Source of the DNA: a virus
Direction: 5' to 3' (one strand)
Virus record (IMG/VR): IMGVR_UViG_3300045988_022585
DNA length: 16,878 nucleotides
A program made the position numbers and the translations under genes. The notes under the pieces are model-generated. The model ran no database searches and was not told the origin of the DNA. It saw only the letters and a program-made list of their open reading frames with translations. Of the stretch, positions 13,785 through 16,878 are shown piece by piece (the first letter of the stretch is position 1; every line of letters starts with the position of its first letter).

Positions 13785-16544
13785 ATGAGTAATTGCAATC
13801 ACTACAAATGGGATGGCCATGGACATCCTCTGACTGATGGTTATTGCTATCCGGAGGGCTGTTGCCCCCCGGAGGGGCACAGACCTCCGCCCTGTGAGCC
13901 TGAGTTCTGTGCTATTCCTGTTCCCCCTCCCATTATGCCTGTTGTTCCACCTCCTGTTCCCGGCTTCAATCCGCAGGCTCAGATGGGGGCTGTAATTGAA
14001 AAGACAAATGAATGTATCAACCGTTGGAATTACATTCAGGCAAATTGCTTCAAGGCTCTGAACGATTGTGTAGGTGCGGCGAAAACTAGTCCTGTTTACT
14101 ATGATGACTGTGAAGTGCATCTTGAGCAGGGTTATTCCAGTGATGACAGCGCCGTTTACCATATCGTGCGTGTAAACAAGTTTGACAAGGCGGGTTGTCC
14201 CATTCGCGTCAAGTTGGGTCTTGCGTATGATAACCCCACGAACTCTAACGTTCGGCAGAGTATGCACGATTATAGCTTTGTCAAGAGTGCGAACGTCATT
14301 ATGACAGCTGTCAATCCAGCTCAGGAGGGATGGAATGGGCCGGCTATGTGGCGCGGCATGGCGATTGCCGGAACACCTAACACTGAGGGCTATATCGCTG
14401 GTTTCAATTCACTGGGCACTTTGAAGGTTTACAAGGGAAATGTCAAAACCACTAACCTGTGGCAGGATAAAATCGTTGATATGATTGGGGCTGTTACGCC
14501 CATTATTCTGGATAGCGAAATCACTGAGCAGGCAAAGACGCTGACCACTAAGAAAGCTATTACTGCTATCGGCTACAATAGTGGTTGCGGGCAGACTATC
14601 CTTTTCAATGTTGGCATTACTGAAAATCCCGGTATGCAGGGAATCACGGTTGCAAATATCCTGAAAGAGATGGGATGCAATACTGCTGTTATTACTGCAA
14701 TGCAAGATGCGACTGACGAGCCGTCTATTGGTATGCAGTATTTGGGCCGCTGGACTGATGTCCCCTCTCAGTACAATGACCCGCAAAACGTGGCCTTCTG
14801 GTATGTAAGCAAGCGTACTGAATGCGGATTCAAGAATGACTTTGAGACGGAGATCGCTAATCTAGTTCAGAGCACTGGCTATTGCGCTAACGGTATCACT
14901 GAGCTGAGAGACAAGGTGGAGAATGCGCAGGAGACGGCTGACGAAGCCCTCTCCCTTGCGCAAGATAACGCTGATAAAATCGCAACTATTCAGGGCCAGA
15001 TCACTGAAATTTATTCTAAGATTGATGCTCTGAACACTCGTCTCACTAAAGTTGAAGGCGATATTACCACGATTAAAGGACAGATCGACACAATCAATCA
15101 GCAGATTACCACTATTAATCAGGCTATCTCTAGCATTAGAGAAGAGATCAGTGACATAACTGAGCAGATTGCAGGTATTACTAGCTCCATTACTGATCTT
15201 ACGAATAGGGTTAAGACGGTTGAAGGTAAGGTAACAACCATTGAGGACAATATTAGCGATATTCAGGATAACATCACTAATATTGAAGATGATATTACCA
15301 ATATCAACAACGCTCTGGATGACATTAAAGGCGGAACAACTGAACTTCCTTACGTTAAGAAAGCCGGAGATACTATGACCGGCGCTCTTAATATGGGAAG
15401 TAATAAGGTGAGTGCTGTGGCAACGCCTACTGATGACGCAGACGCTGCCACTAAAAAGTATGTTGATGATAAGGTAAGCGGAGCAGAATACAAATTGCCT
15501 ATCGCTGGACCTACTAAACTTGGCGGCGTGAAAGTAGGTAGTGGTCTTAATATCACGGCTGACGGTACACTGAGCGCAACCGGAGGCGGCGGAGGGGTTG
15601 GAGATTATCTGCCTCTGGCTGGTGGTACAATGTCTGGTGACATTGTTATGAGTGATGGTACTAACATTAACTTCGACCAGAGCGGAAGTATCTATAATGA
15701 TAATGGTAGCGTTGTGGTAAAAAGCAATGGCTCTGTTGTCGGCATGGGTACTCAGGTAAAGATCCAAACCGAAGGCGGTGACCCTATTCAGATCAAGAAT
15801 GTGGCGAATGCTACTGAAAATGGGGATGCTGTTAACAAGGGGCAGATGGATGGTGAACTTGACCCCATTAAGACCGATATTAACGAGGTCAAAACTGATA
15901 TTACTAATATCAAAAACGGCACGGACGCTCTGCCTTATGTTAAGAAGAGCGGGGATACGATTAATGGAAATCTTCAAATAAATGGAAATGTAACCATTGC
16001 TAAAACAAGCGATCTTAGATTCACTGATGGCGGAAGTATTACGGTAACGCCTGGAGATGATACTAATCAAATTAGTATCGGAAACCTGCATGGTGCTGTA
16101 GCAGTTAAATCTAATGGTGATATCCTTCTCAGTGGACAGGGGGCTATTACATGTAACAACGACCAGATTAAGAATGTAAAAGACCCTACGGAGGCGCAGG
16201 ATGTTGCTACGAAGGCTTATGTGGATGCAAATGCGGGAGGAATTAGTGTTTACACTTATTCCAGAAACCAAAATGTAACCTTTGGAGGAAGCGGTTTCAC
16301 ATTATCATCTGATATTATCATCCCGGAAGGATTTCAACCGGCTGATACAAACAATCCGACAGCTTGCCTTATGTATAACTTTAATACAACTGCAAGTAGA
16401 TGCCTGTTTCTAGGCGGCCCAATTACTTATGACAGTAAAAGCAGAACCTATAATATCAACTTGCATTGGTATAGGAACACACAAGACACCGATGTAATTG
16501 GAAATTATAGTGTTAACTTTATTATCTTTATTAAAAAGGTATAA
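13785..16544 (+). CDS. Tail fibre / appendage (receptor-binding) protein, 919 aa, multidomain
   Basis: GAGG lies upstream of ATG 13785. The N-terminus is Cys/His/Pro-rich and is followed by a globular domain. A coiled coil of about 147 aa with an Ile heptad pattern spans 14889-15330. Repeated tail-fibre motifs are present: LPYVKK(A/S)GDT(M/I)xG twice, LPLAGGTMSGDI, and I/V-x-NV-x-(D/N)-(P/A)-T-x(3-4)-DA/V-x-(T/N)K-x-(Y/Q)-(V/M)-D three times. Confidence 0.85.
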   Translation: MSNCNHYKWDGHGHPLTDGYCYPEGCCPPEGHRPPPCEPEFCAIPVPPPIMPVVPPPVPGFNPQAQMGAVIEKTNECINRWNYIQANCFKALNDCVGAAKTSPVYYDDCEVHLEQGYSSDDSAVYHIVRVNKFDKAGCPIRVKLGLAYDNPTNSNVRQSMHDYSFVKSANVIMTAVNPAQEGWNGPAMWRGMAIAGTPNTEGYIAGFNSLGTLKVYKGNVKTTNLWQDKIVDMIGAVTPIILDSEITEQAKTLTTKKAITAIGYNSGCGQTILFNVGITENPGMQGITVANILKEMGCNTAVITAMQDATDEPSIGMQYLGRWTDVPSQYNDPQNVAFWYVSKRTECGFKNDFETEIANLVQSTGYCANGITELRDKVENAQETADEALSLAQDNADKIATIQGQITEIYSKIDALNTRLTKVEGDITTIKGQIDTINQQITTINQAISSIREEISDITEQIAGITSSITDLTNRVKTVEGKVTTIEDNISDIQDNITNIEDDITNINNALDDIKGGTTELPYVKKAGDTMTGALNMGSNKVSAVATPTDDADAATKKYVDDKVSGAEYKLPIAGPTKLGGVKVGSGLNITADGTLSATGGGGGVGDYLPLAGGTMSGDIVMSDGTNINFDQSGSIYNDNGSVVVKSNGSVVGMGTQVKIQTEGGDPIQIKNVANATENGDAVNKGQMDGELDPIKTDINEVKTDITNIKNGTDALPYVKKSGDTINGNLQINGNVTIAKTSDLRFTDGGSITVTPGDDTNQISIGNLHGAVAVKSNGDILLSGQGAITCNNDQIKNVKDPTEAQDVATKAYVDANAGGISVYTYSRNQNVTFGGSGFTLSSDIIIPEGFQPADTNNPTACLMYNFNTTASRCLFLGGPITYDSKSRTYNINLHWYRNTQDTDVIGNYSVNFIIFIKKV
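15246..15329 (+). repeat. Four degenerate 21-nt tandem units encoding the heptads DNISDIQ / DNITNIE / DDITNIN / NALDDIK
   Basis: Read directly from the sequence as gacaatattagcgatattcag gataacatcactaatattgaa gatgatattaccaatatcaac aacgctctggatgacattaaa. Confidence 0.8.
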
Positions 16545-16565
16545 TAAGTTATAGGAGAATAAGAG

Positions 16566-16696
16566 ATGAAAATTGTCAAAATCGAGGAAATGGTAATTGA
16601 CCTCGTAGAAACTGTGATTTAAACCTTGTTGGTAAGATTGCAGAGAGTGAAATTACTCTGGATAGATTTCAGAAGCTGTATAAGTATTATATGTAA
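16566..16696 (+). pseudogene. Small terminal ORF split by a frame change (18-aa ORF 16566-16622 plus a start-less continuation 16622-16696)
   Basis: AGGAG at 16553-16557 lies 8 nt upstream of ATG 16566, giving MKIVKIEEMVIDLVETVI-stop. The -1 frame continues as NLVGKIAESEITLDRFQKLYKYYM-stop and contains no start codon. A hairpin follows. Confidence 0.35.
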
Positions 16697-16702
16697 ACGG
16701 TG

Positions 16703-16737
16703 AAGAAAAGAAGGCTCTTAATGGGCCTTCTTTTCTT
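16703..16737 (+). terminator. Strong hairpin at the end of the rightward transcription unit
   Basis: AAGAAAAGAAGGC (16703-16715) pairs perfectly with GCCTTCTTTTCTT (16725-16737). The 13-bp stem can be extended by C-G and U-G pairs. The 3' arm is U-rich but there is no separate U tract. Confidence 0.55.
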
Positions 16738-16744
16738 GCGTCAA

Positions 16745-16783
16745 TATAACACTGTTATATAACACTGTTATATAACAGTGTTA
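16745..16783. repeat. Three 13-bp-spaced palindromic boxes AACA(C/G)TGTT (operator-like array) next to the right ITR
   Basis: The units are TATAACACTGTTA (16745-16757), TATAACACTGTTA (16758-16770) and TATAACAGTGTTA (16771-16783). Positions 16761-16782 form a perfect 22-bp palindrome. Confidence 0.9.
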
Positions 16784-16844
16784 TCTGTAACATAGGTGGA
16801 GTGACATTTTAAATGCTTCTGCGAGAAGGGTTAATAAAGCGTCC

Positions 16845-16878
16845 AGTATTTTTATGTAGGCGTGTGTACATATACCTC
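16845..16878. repeat. Right inverted terminal repeat (34 bp)
   Basis: It is the exact reverse complement of 1-34. Confidence 0.95.

Larger units (their letters stand above)
1..16878 (+). other. Complete linear genome of a phi29-like (protein-primed, Picovirinae/Salasmaviridae-like) podophage
   Basis: Exact 34-bp inverted terminal repeats sit at both window ends. A terminal-protein-like gene lies directly upstream of a phi29-type PolB. Homologues of phi29 gp16, gp7, gp8, gp9, gp10 and gp11 are present. All supported genes are on the + strand. Confidence 0.9.

Noticed and set aside
1021-15981. Nested alternate-frame + strand ORFs (1021..1203, 8076..8273, 13150..13353, 15778..15981)
   Set aside because: They are fully embedded in better-supported genes in another frame. 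They lack an SD and have Arg/Leu/Ser-rich translations typical of off-frame reading.
14862-16271. 469-aa minus-strand ORF (plus 14409..14786, 15350..15556 and 13740..14267) antisense to the tail-fibre gene
   Set aside because: These are open only because the sense strand is a codon-biased, repeat-rich coiled-coil/fibre gene that depletes stop codons in the antisense frame. None has an SD, and the + strand gene has recognisable tail-fibre motifs.
16618-16624. TTTAAAC as a canonical -1 slippery heptamer joining the split terminal ORF
   Set aside because: The heptamer is in the wrong phase. Its XXY/YYZ codons (TTA, AAC) lie in the downstream frame rather than the upstream ORF frame (ATT TAA), so simultaneous-slippage frameshifting from the 18-aa ORF is not supported.
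16745-16783. Possible CRISPR array
   Set aside because: It has only three abutting 13-bp units with no spacers, and the units are palindromic. The pattern fits a protein-binding array, not CRISPR.
1-16878. Lysogeny or mobile-element functions (integrase, repressor, transposase), tRNA/rRNA genes
   Set aside because: No ORF shows integrase, recombinase or CI-like motifs, and I saw no cloverleaf-like or rRNA-like segments. The gene content fits a strictly virulent protein-primed phage. Absence is judged by eye only.

Overview
The window looks like a complete linear dsDNA genome of a small phi29-like, protein-primed podophage. The first 34 nt are the exact reverse complement of the last 34 nt, which gives inverted terminal repeats. 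Every well-supported gene lies on the + strand, and most have AGGAG-type Shine-Dalgarno sites, which suggests a Bacillota-type host (inference). After an ORF-free left terminal region (35-403) with promoter-like and operator-like elements, the early module (about 404-5875) carries small hypothetical genes, a p6-like DNA-binding protein candidate and an SSB candidate. It also carries a terminal protein and a phi29-type family-B DNA polymerase with all the hallmark motifs. A consensus TTGACA-17-TACAAT promoter at 5901-5929 and a roughly 110-nt ORF-free, helix-closed leader (a pRNA-like candidate) precede the late module. The late module encodes a gp16-like packaging ATPase, a scaffold protein, a gp8-like capsid protein and a gp9-like tail knob fused to a C-terminal M15 peptidase. 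These are followed by a paralogous free M15 endolysin, a holin, a membrane protein, a gp10-like portal, a lower collar protein, a small unknown protein and a 919-aa tail fibre. The right end holds a split micro-ORF, a strong hairpin and three 13-bp-spaced palindromic boxes next to the ITR. The main oddities are a polymerase gene with no canonical start codon, the pRNA-like leader that sequesters the first ATPase ATG, the tail-knob::peptidase fusion with a duplicated lysin, and a perfect Rex/CRP-type palindrome on a left-end promoter. The right-end operator array and a Cys/His/Pro-rich tail-fibre N-terminus complete the list. I saw no tRNA, rRNA, CRISPR array, integrase or repressor. All homology calls were made by eye against remembered phi29-family sequences and motifs, not by computed alignment.
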